DNA of 64,000 nucleotides from assembly GCA_963702895.1 (NCBI GenBank), contig OY969767.1, positions 320,001 through 384,000 on the forward strand, in the 5' to 3' direction. The notes under the pieces were generated by a model. The model searched no databases. It was not told where the DNA came from and was given only the letters and a program-made list of their open reading frames with translations. The DNA comes from an uncultured Elusimicrobia bacterium. Lineage in GTDB: Bacteria > Elusimicrobiota > Elusimicrobia > 2-01-FULL-59-12. Made by a program: the position numbers and the translations under genes. Positions 1 to 9,370 of this stretch are shown in pieces (within the stretch, counting starts at the first letter, position 1; every line of letters starts with the position of its first letter).

Positions 1-1
1 C

Positions 2-1813
2 GTCAAATCCCATGAATTTGAAAAGTGGGTTTCTCCCGACTACAAGAAACTGTTCGAGACAGGACCAGACCCCCGTCTGATCATCGCTCAGCTCAGAGCG
101 ACCGAGACGCAGCAGATGCAATTCGGCCCTATGATGGTGTTTCAGCCGCATCTTTGTGTCTCGGCTGCCGTTCCCATCGACCGGCGCTATGCCCTGGTCG
201 TCATTCAAAGCGCGCCTGGCGTGACGAAAATTCTCAAAGAGGAGTCGGCTTGGTCGCGCGTGCATAGTTATATGTTTGACCCGGGAGGGCAACCCCTCTA
301 TACCGGTGGGGACCGGTCCGTGATCGATCCGTCGATGCCAGGCCTCTTGCAGCGGGCCTCAGGCGCTGAGCGGTCCGGCAGGTTTCCTCTCCGTCGCCGT
401 TTCAGCTGGCAATGGCTGGGTACGTTTCATGTGGATCCCGAGCTGGGCGCGGTTCTCGTCGTGCTGGAAGCGACACCCTGGGTCTACTACCCGTCGCTTC
501 TTTTTGTGGCCTGCCTGGCCGCCATCATTTGGCTCGGCGCCTTGCCCTGGAAAGCAGTCGAAGAGATCCGCCGAGGCCGGGAAGCGGCCGCCTTATCGGA
601 CTTTGCCAAGCGAGTCGAGAAGTATGTCCGCGGGAAAGAACTTGCTCTGCAGGAGCCGCCCTACCCCTTTCGTGAACTTCTTCCCATTGTTCATTCGCTT
701 CGATGGCTCGTGCCCGAGTGGAAGAAAGCGGAGGCCTATCCGAAGGAGTACGGACTGGAGCGACGATTGCTCTTGCTTCTCATCGAATCCCTCCCCGAAG
801 GGATTCTCTTCTTCAACGCGCAAGGGTCTCTCCAGATGGGCAATGAGCTCGGCAAAGTGTTTTTCGCTCTGCAGCAGGAAGCCGGACGTGAGTACAAAAT
901 GGTTTCCGGGGTTAAGATCCCGCGCGGTTTTCTTGAGCCTTATGCCGAGCCCGTCTTTACCGACCAGCAGAAGAACCTGGGAAAGGAAGTGGAAGTGGCT
1001 TGGGCGGATGGCAAGCATCTTTACCGTGTCTGGGTCGAGGCCGTGGAGGTGGACGAGAAGATCCAGGGGTATATCGTGGTCATTCGGGACATCACCTTTC
1101 GTAAACAGTGGGATTACGTCCAGGAGCAAGTGCTTTCAGGGATCACGCATGACCTTCGCGGGCCGCTTTCCGCCATCATGGGGTACATCGATCTGCTCAA
1201 GCGGCAGATCAAGGACGGCCCTCCCAAGGCGCTGGAGTACCTTGGAATGGCGCGGGACGCGGGCAATCGCTTAACGCAGATGATTTCAGATATTTTGGAT
1301 GTCGTGCGATTTGAACAGGGGAAAATTGAGATGGTGGTGCAATCCGTCTCGGTGGACGGTATCTTTGAGCGTATTCGAAACATTTTTGGCGTGACGTCGA
1401 GTCAGAAAGGCGTGACGCTTGTGCTGCAGATGGCCAACTCGGGCATCAAGGTCACCAGTGACCCTCGACTCTTGGAGCGTGTGCTGGACAACCTCGTGGG
1501 CAATGCCATCAAATTTACCCCGCCGGGAGGAACGATTACGATCAAATCCACCCGCCAAGGCCAAGGAACCCACTTTTCAGTGGCCGACACCGGGCGGGGG
1601 ATCCCCAAGGAAGCTCAGTCGCGTATCTTTGATAAATTCCAGCAGGTGCGCCCGGGAGACCGCTCCGGCGGGTATGGACTGGGACTTGCGGTTGTGAAAT
1701 TTATCATCGAAGCCCACAAGGGCGAGATTCGTGTGGAGTCCGAACTCGATAAAGGGAGCACCTTTAGTTTTTATATTCCTGACCAAGCGGTCAGCGCGCA
1801 AGAGAGCGCATGA
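2..1813 (+). CDS. Membrane sensor histidine kinase (PAS-like, HisKA, HATPase), 5'-partial
   Basis: H-box ITHDLRGPL, N-box NLVGNAIKF, DTGRGIP and GLGL motifs. The frame is open from position 2, so the true start lies upstream of the window. Confidence 0.92.
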   Translation, partial: VKSHEFEKWVSPDYKKLFETGPDPRLIIAQLRATETQQMQFGPMMVFQPHLCVSAAVPIDRRYALVVIQSAPGVTKILKEESAWSRVHSYMFDPGGQPLYTGGDRSVIDPSMPGLLQRASGAERSGRFPLRRRFSWQWLGTFHVDPELGAVLVVLEATPWVYYPSLLFVACLAAIIWLGALPWKAVEEIRRGREAAALSDFAKRVEKYVRGKELALQEPPYPFRELLPIVHSLRWLVPEWKKAEAYPKEYGLERRLLLLLIESLPEGILFFNAQGSLQMGNELGKVFFALQQEAGREYKMVSGVKIPRGFLEPYAEPVFTDQQKNLGKEVEVAWADGKHLYRVWVEAVEVDEKIQGYIVVIRDITFRKQWDYVQEQVLSGITHDLRGPLSAIMGYIDLLKRQIKDGPPKALEYLGMARDAGNRLTQMISDILDVVRFEQGKIEMVVQSVSVDGIFERIRNIFGVTSSQKGVTLVLQMANSGIKVTSDPRLLERVLDNLVGNAIKFTPPGGTITIKSTRQGQGTHFSVADTGRGIPKEAQSRIFDKFQQVRPGDRSGGYGLGLAVVKFIIEAHKGEIRVESELDKGSTFSFYIPDQAVSAQESA

Positions 1814-2618
1814 CGCGAAGCATGGGGCGGTGAATCTTCCCGTTGGTGGCGAGCGTCTGTTGCCCGTAAATAGAAAAGCGCTTCCCCGAAAAATCGGATA
1901 GCTTCCCGCCCGCTTCTTCTACGATGAGCTTGCCCGCCGCGACATCCCAGGGTTTCAGACGCCACTCCCAGTAGCCGTCGACGCGTCCGCAAGCGACCCA
2001 GCACAGGTCCAGGGCGGCTGCTCCCGCGCGGCGGATCCCCTGTATGCGTTGCATAAACGCTTTGACATAACTCAGGTACAGATCAACTCGTTCCCGCCGG
2101 TCGTAGGGGAACCCCGTCAGCAGCAAAGATTTCGAGAGTCGCTTCGTGCCGGAAACCGCCAGACGCTGCCTCCGTCCTTTGCGGACCAGCCATGCGCCGC
2201 GGCCTTTTTCTGCCCAGAAGAGCTCATCGCGGCAGGGGTCGTAGACGCCACCCAGAACGACGACACCGCGGTGTTCAAAGCCAATAGAGACACAGACCTG
2301 AGGATAGCGATGCGCGAAATTGGTCGTTCCATCGAGTGGATCGACGATCCATTTGCACGGGGACCCCTGCGTGGTGGGGCTGGATTCCTCTGTAAGCAAG
2401 TCGTGATCGGGGAAGCGCTTCTGGATGGTGTCCCGGACGATGCGGTCGGCGGCATGATCCACCCACGTCACGAGATTGATGGCGCTTCCCCCCTTAAAGG
2501 CAACCTTTTTGGGCCGATCGATATTCTCAAGGATCAGTTTGCCAGCGCGCCGGAGGGCCTTGAAGAGGGTCTTGTGAAGCGAAGAGCGAAGGGGGAAGGG
2601 TGAAGGGTGTTCGTTCAT
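1791..2618 (-). CDS. suhB: Inositol monophosphatase family protein
   Basis: WIVDPLDGTTNF and WDVAAG motifs. The start at 2618 overlaps the hemD stop (ATGA). Confidence 0.93.
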   Translation of the reverse strand: MNEHPSPFPLRSSLHKTLFKALRRAGKLILENIDRPKKVAFKGGSAINLVTWVDHAADRIVRDTIQKRFPDHDLLTEESSPTTQGSPCKWIVDPLDGTTNFAHRYPQVCVSIGFEHRGVVVLGGVYDPCRDELFWAEKGRGAWLVRKGRRQRLAVSGTKRLSKSLLLTGFPYDRRERVDLYLSYVKAFMQRIQGIRRAGAAALDLCWVACGRVDGYWEWRLKPWDVAAGKLIVEEAGGKLSDFSGKRFSIYGQQTLATNGKIHRPMLRVMRSLAR

Positions 2619-3511
2619 AAAGGAACTTTTTGGTTCTTCGCTTTTCGCTCTTCGCGCTTCGCATAGTGTTTCATGATGGCATGCGCGAGGGCCTCGATGG
2701 TATAGCGGGACGCCCTGATGGTGGGGCGCACGCCGTAGCCGCGCAGGGTTTCGGCCGTGATCGGGCCGATCACGGCCGCCTTCATATGCTGGAACACTTT
2801 CTTTCGTTCTGGAGCGCTCCAATGCCTCATAAAACCATCGACGGTCGAGGAGGAGGTGAACGTCACCAGATCGATGTCTCCCACCGAAAAGCGCTGACGA
2901 AGATCTTGGGCGAGGCGTTGGGGCTTGAGCGTCCGGTAGACCGTGGCGATGGTGACTTTGGCGCCTCGCCGCCGGAGCGTGTTGGGCAAAACGTCACGGG
3001 CCTCCTGGGCCCGAGCGATCAGCACTCGCTGAGCTCGCACCTTCCCCAGGGCATCGGCGAGGGCCTCCGCACGATAGTCCTCTGGGAAAATATCGACTTT
3101 GAGGCCAAGGGCCTCGAGTCTCGCGCTGGTCTTGGGCCCAATGGCGCCGATCCGGATGCCCTCGAGCTCGCTGAGCTTCCGGCCCATTTCTTTCATCCGA
3201 TTGAAAAACATCGCGACGCCGTTGACGCTGGTGAAGAGGATCCAGTCGAAGGCCGAAAGGTGGCCGAGCGCGCGGTCGACCGGGGCCCATGTGGGCGGTG
3301 GGACAATTTCAATGGTGGGCAGCAAGATCACGTCCGCCCCAGCTTCTTCGAGGAGATGGACAAATTCAGGCGCTTGACCTGAGGCGCGCGTCACGACAAT
3401 TTTCTTGCCCAAGAGCGGGTGGGTGCCCAACGAGCGTCCCTTTCGGAGAATCTCGGCACCCTTGCCGATCAGGACATCGGCTTTCGATAGCGCTTGGCGT
3501 CCTTTCTTCAT
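2615..3511 (-). CDS. hemD: Uroporphyrinogen-III synthase
   Basis: IVVTRA, FTSVNGV, AIGPKT, VYRT, FTSSSTV and IGPITA motifs. Confidence 0.92.
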   Translation of the reverse strand: MKKGRQALSKADVLIGKGAEILRKGRSLGTHPLLGKKIVVTRASGQAPEFVHLLEEAGADVILLPTIEIVPPPTWAPVDRALGHLSAFDWILFTSVNGVAMFFNRMKEMGRKLSELEGIRIGAIGPKTSARLEALGLKVDIFPEDYRAEALADALGKVRAQRVLIARAQEARDVLPNTLRRRGAKVTIATVYRTLKPQRLAQDLRQRFSVGDIDLVTFTSSSTVDGFMRHWSAPERKKVFQHMKAAVIGPITAETLRGYGVRPTIRASRYTIEALAHAIMKHYAKREERKAKNQKVPL

Positions 3512-3620
3512 CGAGAATCGAGTTTATCCCATTTCCTTATCGCTGCGCAATTCGGGGGGTGGATCATCCCCTTCATTTCTCAGGGAGAGGGGGATGTCAA
3601 AACACGCTATACTTGCCACC

Positions 3621-4787
3621 ATGAAACAGCACCAGCAGACAGGGGACAGGGGAAAGAAAACGGCATTGGACAAGAAATCTGAAAGATTAAGGCAGAGAAA
3701 CGAAAGCAGAGAAGAGAAAGCAAAACGCTCGGTTTTCCATTCTTTGCTTTCGTCGGTCTGCTTTGTTGTTATTCTCCTGTCCCCTCTGCCCTTTCCCCTC
3801 TCCCCTGCCTTTGCGCGCGCCGGCTGCTCTCACGAAGCGGATTGGAAAGTCGCGGCCGCGGCGGAGTGTCTTGAGAAAAAGGACGTGGGGTGCGCGAAGC
3901 TCAAGCTTGAGCCGGTGCTTTCGCGCGAGCCCGGCTGCGGCTCGGCCCTCTTTGTGAAGGGCTGGATCGTTCAATATTTTGACGGCAACGAGGCGGATGG
4001 CCTGGCCATGCAAGAAAAGGCCATGCGCATGGATCCACGCCTTCAAAACTTCTGGCAGGAACGTGGGAAAGCGATCGAATCGAATCTCACGAGCCAAGCT
4101 TTTTCTCATTTTGACCTCCAGTTCTACGGCGCTGAAAATCGGGCGAAAGCCTGGGACGCCGTCCGGTACTTGAATGAAATGTACATGGACTTAAGCGGGC
4201 TCTTCGGGGAGGTCCCTCCCCGGCGCATTCCCGTCGTGGTCTTCACAGCAGGGGAATTCGTCGACGCATGGAGGGCGCCATTTATCGGCGGCTTCTTTGA
4301 CCGGCAAGACGGCAAAATACGGATCCGGGTCGATGAGCTCCCGGGGGGTGACGAGGAGTTTCGTCACCGGGCGCGCCACGAAATGACGCATGCGTATGTG
4401 TATCAGCTTTATCCCCATGCGATCCCCTCCTGGGCTTCCGAAGGGATTGCGGAGTTCTGCGCGCGCCACGGCGTGTCGCAGGGGTTCTGGAAGGACAAGC
4501 GGCTTGAAGAAATCCGCAAGATCCGAAAAAGCCACGAATGGCTCACCCTCGAGGAGATTCAGGACCTGATCTCCAAGAAACGCGGCTCGCTTCTTTCCAT
4601 GCAGCTGGCCTACATGGAGTCCGAGGCCCTGGTCATCTGGATCGCCAAAGAAAGAGGCGATTCCTGGTTTCCGCGGGTCCTCCGCCACCTCCGCGAGAAG
4701 GGGGGAAGCTTTGACGAGGCTTTCAAGGTTGTCTTGGGGGTTTCTCCAGCAACGGAGCTGGAGCACCTTCGTCACGCCTGGGAGTGA
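3621..4787 (+). CDS. Exported Zn metallopeptidase (peptidase MA-like) with TPR-like N-terminal part; start uncertain
   Basis: HEMTH (HExxH) followed by PSWASEGIAE; hydrophobic segment ending AFA-RA. TATACT lies 7 nt before ATG 3621. Confidence 0.75.
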   Translation: MKQHQQTGDRGKKTALDKKSERLRQRNESREEKAKRSVFHSLLSSVCFVVILLSPLPFPLSPAFARAGCSHEADWKVAAAAECLEKKDVGCAKLKLEPVLSREPGCGSALFVKGWIVQYFDGNEADGLAMQEKAMRMDPRLQNFWQERGKAIESNLTSQAFSHFDLQFYGAENRAKAWDAVRYLNEMYMDLSGLFGEVPPRRIPVVVFTAGEFVDAWRAPFIGGFFDRQDGKIRIRVDELPGGDEEFRHRARHEMTHAYVYQLYPHAIPSWASEGIAEFCARHGVSQGFWKDKRLEEIRKIRKSHEWLTLEEIQDLISKKRGSLLSMQLAYMESEALVIWIAKERGDSWFPRVLRHLREKGGSFDEAFKVVLGVSPATELEHLRHAWE

Positions 4788-7705
4788 AGGGTTTCGAACA
4801 GCACTTCAGCGGGATGTTGGGGCAAGAGGCCTGTCGCTTGACGGATCTGTTCCCGGCAAGAAAAGCCGCTGGCGACAACCCGTGCTGCGGGTCCCGCCTT
4901 ACGGAGCGATGGCAGGAGCGCGCGTTCCCCTATCCTGAGCGAGAGCTCCCTGTGCGACTTTTCGAACCCAAAAGCGCCCGCCATGCCGCAGCAGCCGGAT
5001 TCCGGTTCTTCCACGCGATAGCCTAAGCGTTCCAGCAACAGACGGTCCGTGTCGCCGGTGAGCACAGATTTATGGTGGCAATGAGTCTGCAGCACGAGGG
5101 GGGCCGAGGAAGGGGGCCGAGGAAGCGGAGATGGGAGGAGCCCCTTCTTCAATAGGAATTCGCTCAAGAGGAAACTCTGCCGGCTGAGTTGGATGGCGAG
5201 CGGGTCCTTAGGGAAAAAATTCAGGAGTTCATCTCGGAAAACGGAGGCGCACCCGGGCTCCAGGAAGATCACGGGGGTGCCCGCTTCAATTTCAGTTTTC
5301 AAGGCTTTCAAAATCTTCACAAGCTGACTTTTGGCCTGGTCGAGGAAACCATGGTCATAGAGAGGCCTTCCGCAGCAGAGACCCGGCTTGGGTAGCTTGA
5401 CCTGAAGCCCCAATCGTTCGAGGGCCTGGACCGCACTTTGGCCGATGCCAGGCTCCAGATAATTCATGAAGGTATCCGGCCATAACACGACGGTGTCAGA
5501 CCTAGCAGGTGGGGTGGACGTCATCCCGGCATGCCATAAGCCGGGATCCATGGATTCCGGCTTACGCCGGAATGACGGCTTAGAGCGCTCTTGAAACCAG
5601 TGGGTGAAAGACGTAATGGCAAGTTGAGGGATCTTTCGTTCCGGACTGATCCCGGCAGCCCACTTGAGGAGCTGCTGGAAGCCCGGTGCCTGAGCGACGA
5701 GGTTGGCGACTCGGGGCATATGGGACCCCAACTTCAGCCACTGGTGCGCCCATCCCAGGGTATAGGCTGTTCGCGGTCTTAAGCGGCCTTGGTAGTAATG
5801 AGCGAGAAATTCGGCTTTGTAGCTTGCCATGTCGACGTTGGTGGGGCAGTCGCTCTTACAGCCTTTGCAGGAGAGGCAATCGTCGAGCGCGTCTTTCACC
5901 TCCGGGCTTTTCCAGCCTTGCGTGAGGGTCTCACCTTTGAGCATTTCAAAGAGCAAGTGCGCACGGCCCCGCGTGGAGTGTTTTTCTTCCCGGGTCGCCT
6001 GGTAAGAAGGACACATGAGCCCACCCTCTTCCCGCCGGCATTGACCAACACCGACACAGCGCAAAGACGCCCGGGCGAAGCTGCTTTGGTCCCCCGGATA
6101 AGCGAAATGGGTGGAGACCGGAGTTGGCTTATACGACAGACCGTAACGGAGGTCGTCGATGATCGCTTTGGGACGGACCATCTTTCCCGGGTTCATCCGA
6201 TCGCGGGGATCCCAGATCGCTTTAAATTCTTCAAGGGCTTGGATGAGTTCCGGCCCGAACATCTTGGGAAGGAGTTCGGCCCTGGCCTGGCCATCTCCAT
6301 GCTCTCCTGAGATCGACCCGCCATGAGCCACCACGAGGTCCGTGGCTTCATCCAGAAATCGCCTGAAGTCCCGGATGCCGTCGCCAGAGTCCAGGTCAAA
6401 GTCGATGCGCGTGTGAACGCAGCCGTCCCCGAAATGACCGTAAAAAGCGCCCCGGTACCCATGTTCGTTATAGAGATCACGGAGCTTCCTTAAATAGGAA
6501 GCGAGCTGTTCAGGCGGAACGGCTGCGTCTTCCCAACCTTCATAGCGGTCACGAGACCCTGGAATGAAGGCGGTCGCAGCCAGGGCCGATTCCCGGATGC
6601 GCCAGAGATCAGCAGCTTCAGCGGGGGTGCAAAGAAGTGACGATAGGGCCCCATGAGTGGAATGGAGAAGTCGTCCCGCGAAGGCTTTGGCTTCGGCCGG
6701 TTCCTTTGCGCCGAACTCCACAAGCAGCCATGCCCTCCCCGGTGGGAGTTGACTGATTTTGGCTTCATAGCCCTGATAGCGGCGAAGGCCATCCGTCATC
6801 TCAAAGTCAAAACCTTCCAGGCCGAGAGGTTTGTACTGAAGGATATGAGGCACAGCGCCCGCCGCGTCGTAAACGGTGGGATAGCCGAGGACCAAAAGTT
6901 GGCGCGCGCGCGGGCTCTCCACCAAGCGGAGCTTCGCCCTGAGCGTGGTGACACAGGTGCCCTCGCTGCCGACGAGCGCGCGCGCGACATGAAACCCTTT
7001 TTCCGGCAAGAGCTCATCGAGGTTATAGCCGGAGACGCGCCGGGGGATCTTGGGATAGCGCTCACGGATGAGCTTGGCATACCGGTCGCGAAGGGCCTTG
7101 AGCTTGGCGTAAACCTCACCCTGGGGGCCCCCGGCGCGAAGGATCTCTTCCAGCTCCGCCTCGGTTGTGGCCCCCACTTCAAGGCGCAGGCCCTCGTAGG
7201 TCACGATATCCAGGCGCTCGACGTTATCGACGGTCTTGCCCCAGGCCACAGCGTGGACGCCGCAGGAGTTATTGCCGATCATGCCGCCCAGCGTGCAGCG
7301 CGAATGGCTGGCCGGGTCCGGTCCAAAGGTGAGCCCGTGCCGTTCCGCATCGCGGCGCAGGCTGTCCAGGATCACGCCAGGCTCGACCCAGGCGGTGCGC
7401 CCGGTGGGATCAAGCTCCAGGATATGATGCAGGTGTTTTGTGAAATCCAGGATGACGGCGGTGTTGCAGCCTTGTCCGGCGAGGCTTGTCCCCGCGCCGC
7501 GGCTGAGGACCGGCGCATCATGCTGGCGGCAGATCTCCAACGCCTTGAGGACGTCCTCGACCGAACGCGGGAGAACGACCCCGATCGGGACCTGTCGGTA
7601 GTTGGAGGCGTCCGTCGCGTAAAGGGCCTTGGCCTGGACGTCAAAATATACTTCACCACGGAGGGACGCTCTCAGATCGTTTTCGAGTTGAGAAGGGGCG
7701 GGCAG
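4772..7705 (-). CDS. FAD-linked oxidase with C-terminal 4Fe-4S/CCG domains (GlcD/GlcF-like fusion); start unresolved
   Basis: GAGTSLAGQ, GGMIGNNSCG, GEHGDG, CVGVGQC, CLSCKGCKSDCP and CCG motifs. The conserved ALYATDASNYRQVPIGVV lies in frame upstream of the TTG at 7540. Confidence 0.88.
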   Translation of the reverse strand: MPAPSQLENDLRASLRGEVYFDVQAKALYATDASNYRQVPIGVVLPRSVEDVLKALEICRQHDAPVLSRGAGTSLAGQGCNTAVILDFTKHLHHILELDPTGRTAWVEPGVILDSLRRDAERHGLTFGPDPASHSRCTLGGMIGNNSCGVHAVAWGKTVDNVERLDIVTYEGLRLEVGATTEAELEEILRAGGPQGEVYAKLKALRDRYAKLIRERYPKIPRRVSGYNLDELLPEKGFHVARALVGSEGTCVTTLRAKLRLVESPRARQLLVLGYPTVYDAAGAVPHILQYKPLGLEGFDFEMTDGLRRYQGYEAKISQLPPGRAWLLVEFGAKEPAEAKAFAGRLLHSTHGALSSLLCTPAEAADLWRIRESALAATAFIPGSRDRYEGWEDAAVPPEQLASYLRKLRDLYNEHGYRGAFYGHFGDGCVHTRIDFDLDSGDGIRDFRRFLDEATDLVVAHGGSISGEHGDGQARAELLPKMFGPELIQALEEFKAIWDPRDRMNPGKMVRPKAIIDDLRYGLSYKPTPVSTHFAYPGDQSSFARASLRCVGVGQCRREEGGLMCPSYQATREEKHSTRGRAHLLFEMLKGETLTQGWKSPEVKDALDDCLSCKGCKSDCPTNVDMASYKAEFLAHYYQGRLRPRTAYTLGWAHQWLKLGSHMPRVANLVAQAPGFQQLLKWAAGISPERKIPQLAITSFTHWFQERSKPSFRRKPESMDPGLWHAGMTSTPPARSDTVVLWPDTFMNYLEPGIGQSAVQALERLGLQVKLPKPGLCCGRPLYDHGFLDQAKSQLVKILKALKTEIEAGTPVIFLEPGCASVFRDELLNFFPKDPLAIQLSRQSFLLSEFLLKKGLLPSPLPRPPSSAPLVLQTHCHHKSVLTGDTDRLLLERLGYRVEEPESGCCGMAGAFGFEKSHRELSLRIGERALLPSLRKAGPAARVVASGFSCREQIRQATGLLPQHPAEVLFETLHSQA
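5519..5577. repeat. REP/RPE-like double palindrome inside the oxidoreductase CDS
   Basis: CGTCATCCCGGC..GCCGGGATCCATGGATTCCGGC..GCCGGAATGACG; same family as the intergenic copy at 9831-9915. Confidence 0.85.
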
Positions 7706-7773
7706 AGGTTTGAGAGAATCCGCGCTCCCGGGTCGCTGACGGGTCCAGCCATCGTGTCCGATAACGATTGGTG

Positions 7774-8805
7774 TTACTCCACTTCTTTCAGAGCTTTGAT
7801 GATCTGCGAAGGGCTCGGAAGCAGGTTCTTCAATTTCTTCGGAAGGTGAGCCATGACGCGGTAAGTGGCAACGCCGATAGGTTTATGCGAGTCTTTCAGG
7901 GCGTACTCCACAATGGTTCTATCTTTAGACCGGCATAGGATAATTCCGATGGGGGGATTTTCACCCTTCAGGCGAACCCGCTGGTCAAGAGCCGCCAGAT
8001 AAAATTGCATTTTGCCGACATAGTCAGGGACAAAGTCGCCGACTTTAAGCTCCAAGGCGACCAGGGCTTTGAGAGCCCGGTGAAAAAGCAGCAGATCGAT
8101 GAAGTATTCCTTGTTATGGAACTCCAGGCGATATTGGCTGCCGACAAAGGAGAACATTCCTCCCATTTCAGCCAGGAAACGTTCCATCTTGGCCAGGATG
8201 GCCCGCTCAAGCTCTCGCTCACTATGTTCTCCTCCAAGCTCCAGAAAATCAAATGTGTACTCATCTCGAACCGCCAGTCTGCCTTGTTTACGAAGCTCGG
8301 GGGAAAGGCTTTTGTGGAAATTAGTCTGGCCCGTCATGGTTTTTTCATACGACCGATTGTCAATCTGGTGGATCAATACGTCTTTGGTCCAGCCATACTT
8401 TCTTGTCATCCGAATGTAGAATTCCCGTTCCATATCGTCCTTGCAGCGCTCCATAATGATGAGATTGTGAGACCATCCTATTTCTCGCACCAAGGGTGCG
8501 AGTTTTTCCCGTCTAGAATAGGTCTCAAAGAATATACGCGCGCGCCAGAGATTGGACGATGAAAATCCCTTGATTCCTGGGAATTCGCGTTGCAGGTCGC
8601 CGGCCAGCGTTTCGACGACTGATTTGCCCCATTGCTCTCGGGATATCCGGGTAGAAATCATTTGACCCACATCCCAGTACATTAGGATCAGTTCCTTGTT
8701 GACGGCCTTTAAGGCGACATACTGGGCGGAGCGAATTCTTTCTTTGATCGCCCCGAGGAGAGCTCTATAGTCGTTGGGAAGACGCGATTTCGTCATGGAG
8801 GCCAT
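7774..8805 (-). CDS. DUF1016 / YhcG-like PD-(D/E)XK nuclease family protein
   Basis: AVNKELILMYWDVG, WGKSVV, IGWSHN, DEYTFDFL, IDLLLFHRAL, ELKVG and PIGIILC motifs. Confidence 0.92.
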   Translation of the reverse strand: MASMTKSRLPNDYRALLGAIKERIRSAQYVALKAVNKELILMYWDVGQMISTRISREQWGKSVVETLAGDLQREFPGIKGFSSSNLWRARIFFETYSRREKLAPLVREIGWSHNLIIMERCKDDMEREFYIRMTRKYGWTKDVLIHQIDNRSYEKTMTGQTNFHKSLSPELRKQGRLAVRDEYTFDFLELGGEHSERELERAILAKMERFLAEMGGMFSFVGSQYRLEFHNKEYFIDLLLFHRALKALVALELKVGDFVPDYVGKMQFYLAALDQRVRLKGENPPIGIILCRSKDRTIVEYALKDSHKPIGVATYRVMAHLPKKLKNLLPSPSQIIKALKEVE

Positions 8806-8919
8806 ATTTTAACCTTTTCAGGCAGGCTCGGCGGCGGGGTGTCGGTTTTTTCAATCCAGTGCGTCTATTCCGTCCTCTGCATAGTGTTTGCTGTGGCGAG
8901 AGTGGCCCTGATCGGACTC

Positions 8920-8949
8920 CCGCCTCCGCCAAGGCTGCGGCGGGCAAGC
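8920..8949 (+). repeat. Short REP-like palindrome next to the tRNA-Leu 3' end
   Basis: CCGCCTCCGCCAAGGCTGCGGCGGGCAAGC; an inverted relative lies at 9061-9090. Confidence 0.65.
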
Positions 8950-8961
8950 GAACCACAAAAA

Positions 8962-9047
8962 TGGCCTTGGCCGGACTCGAACCGGCACGGACCTATAGGG
9001 TCCAACGGATTTTAAGTCCGTTGCGTCTACCATTCCGCCACAAGGCC
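8962..9047 (-). tRNA. tRNA-Leu (UAA); CCA not encoded
   Basis: GGCCTTG/CAAGGCC acceptor stem, ACGGA-CTTAAAA-TCCGT anticodon arm, long variable arm, GGTTCGAGTCC T-arm. Confidence 0.96.
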
Positions 9048-9060
9048 ATTCATTTTGTGC

Positions 9061-9090
9061 GCTTGCCCTCCGTAGCTTTGCGAAGGAGGG
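9061..9090 (-). repeat. Short REP-like palindrome upstream of tRNA-Leu
   Basis: The reverse complement CCCTCCTTCGCAAAGCTACGGAGGGCAAGC aligns with the 8920-8949 copy. Confidence 0.65.
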
Positions 9091-9370
9091 TCTACCAATT
9101 CCCCGCCACTGAGTCGTTGGCGGGCCCGCCGCGTTGTAGTGGCGGGCGCCACAGGGCCACATGGACAACAAGTGTACATCTAGGGGACGCTCCTCACAAA
9201 CTCACATTCCATCGAGAAGAGAGCCCCCAAAGCAGAGACACGAAAGCAAAAAGCAGATAGCAAAACGTTTTGCTTTCGGCGTCCTGCGATCGTTGCTCTG
9301 CTTTGAATGGTCTGCTTTGACGGCTGATCAGACCATGATCACAGCGAAGCGGTTTTGTGAGGGACGTCCC

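Noticed and set aside
7625..7634. GGCCTTGGCC matching the tRNA-Leu 3' region as a possible att site
   Set aside because: Only 10 bp, GC-rich and inside conserved coding sequence; no integrase nearby.
6653..7849. Long antisense or alternate-frame ORFs (also 11705-12769, 17354-18661, 22552-23550, 38749-39708)
   Set aside because: They shadow well-supported genes on the other strand and lack motifs; this is expected in high-GC DNA.
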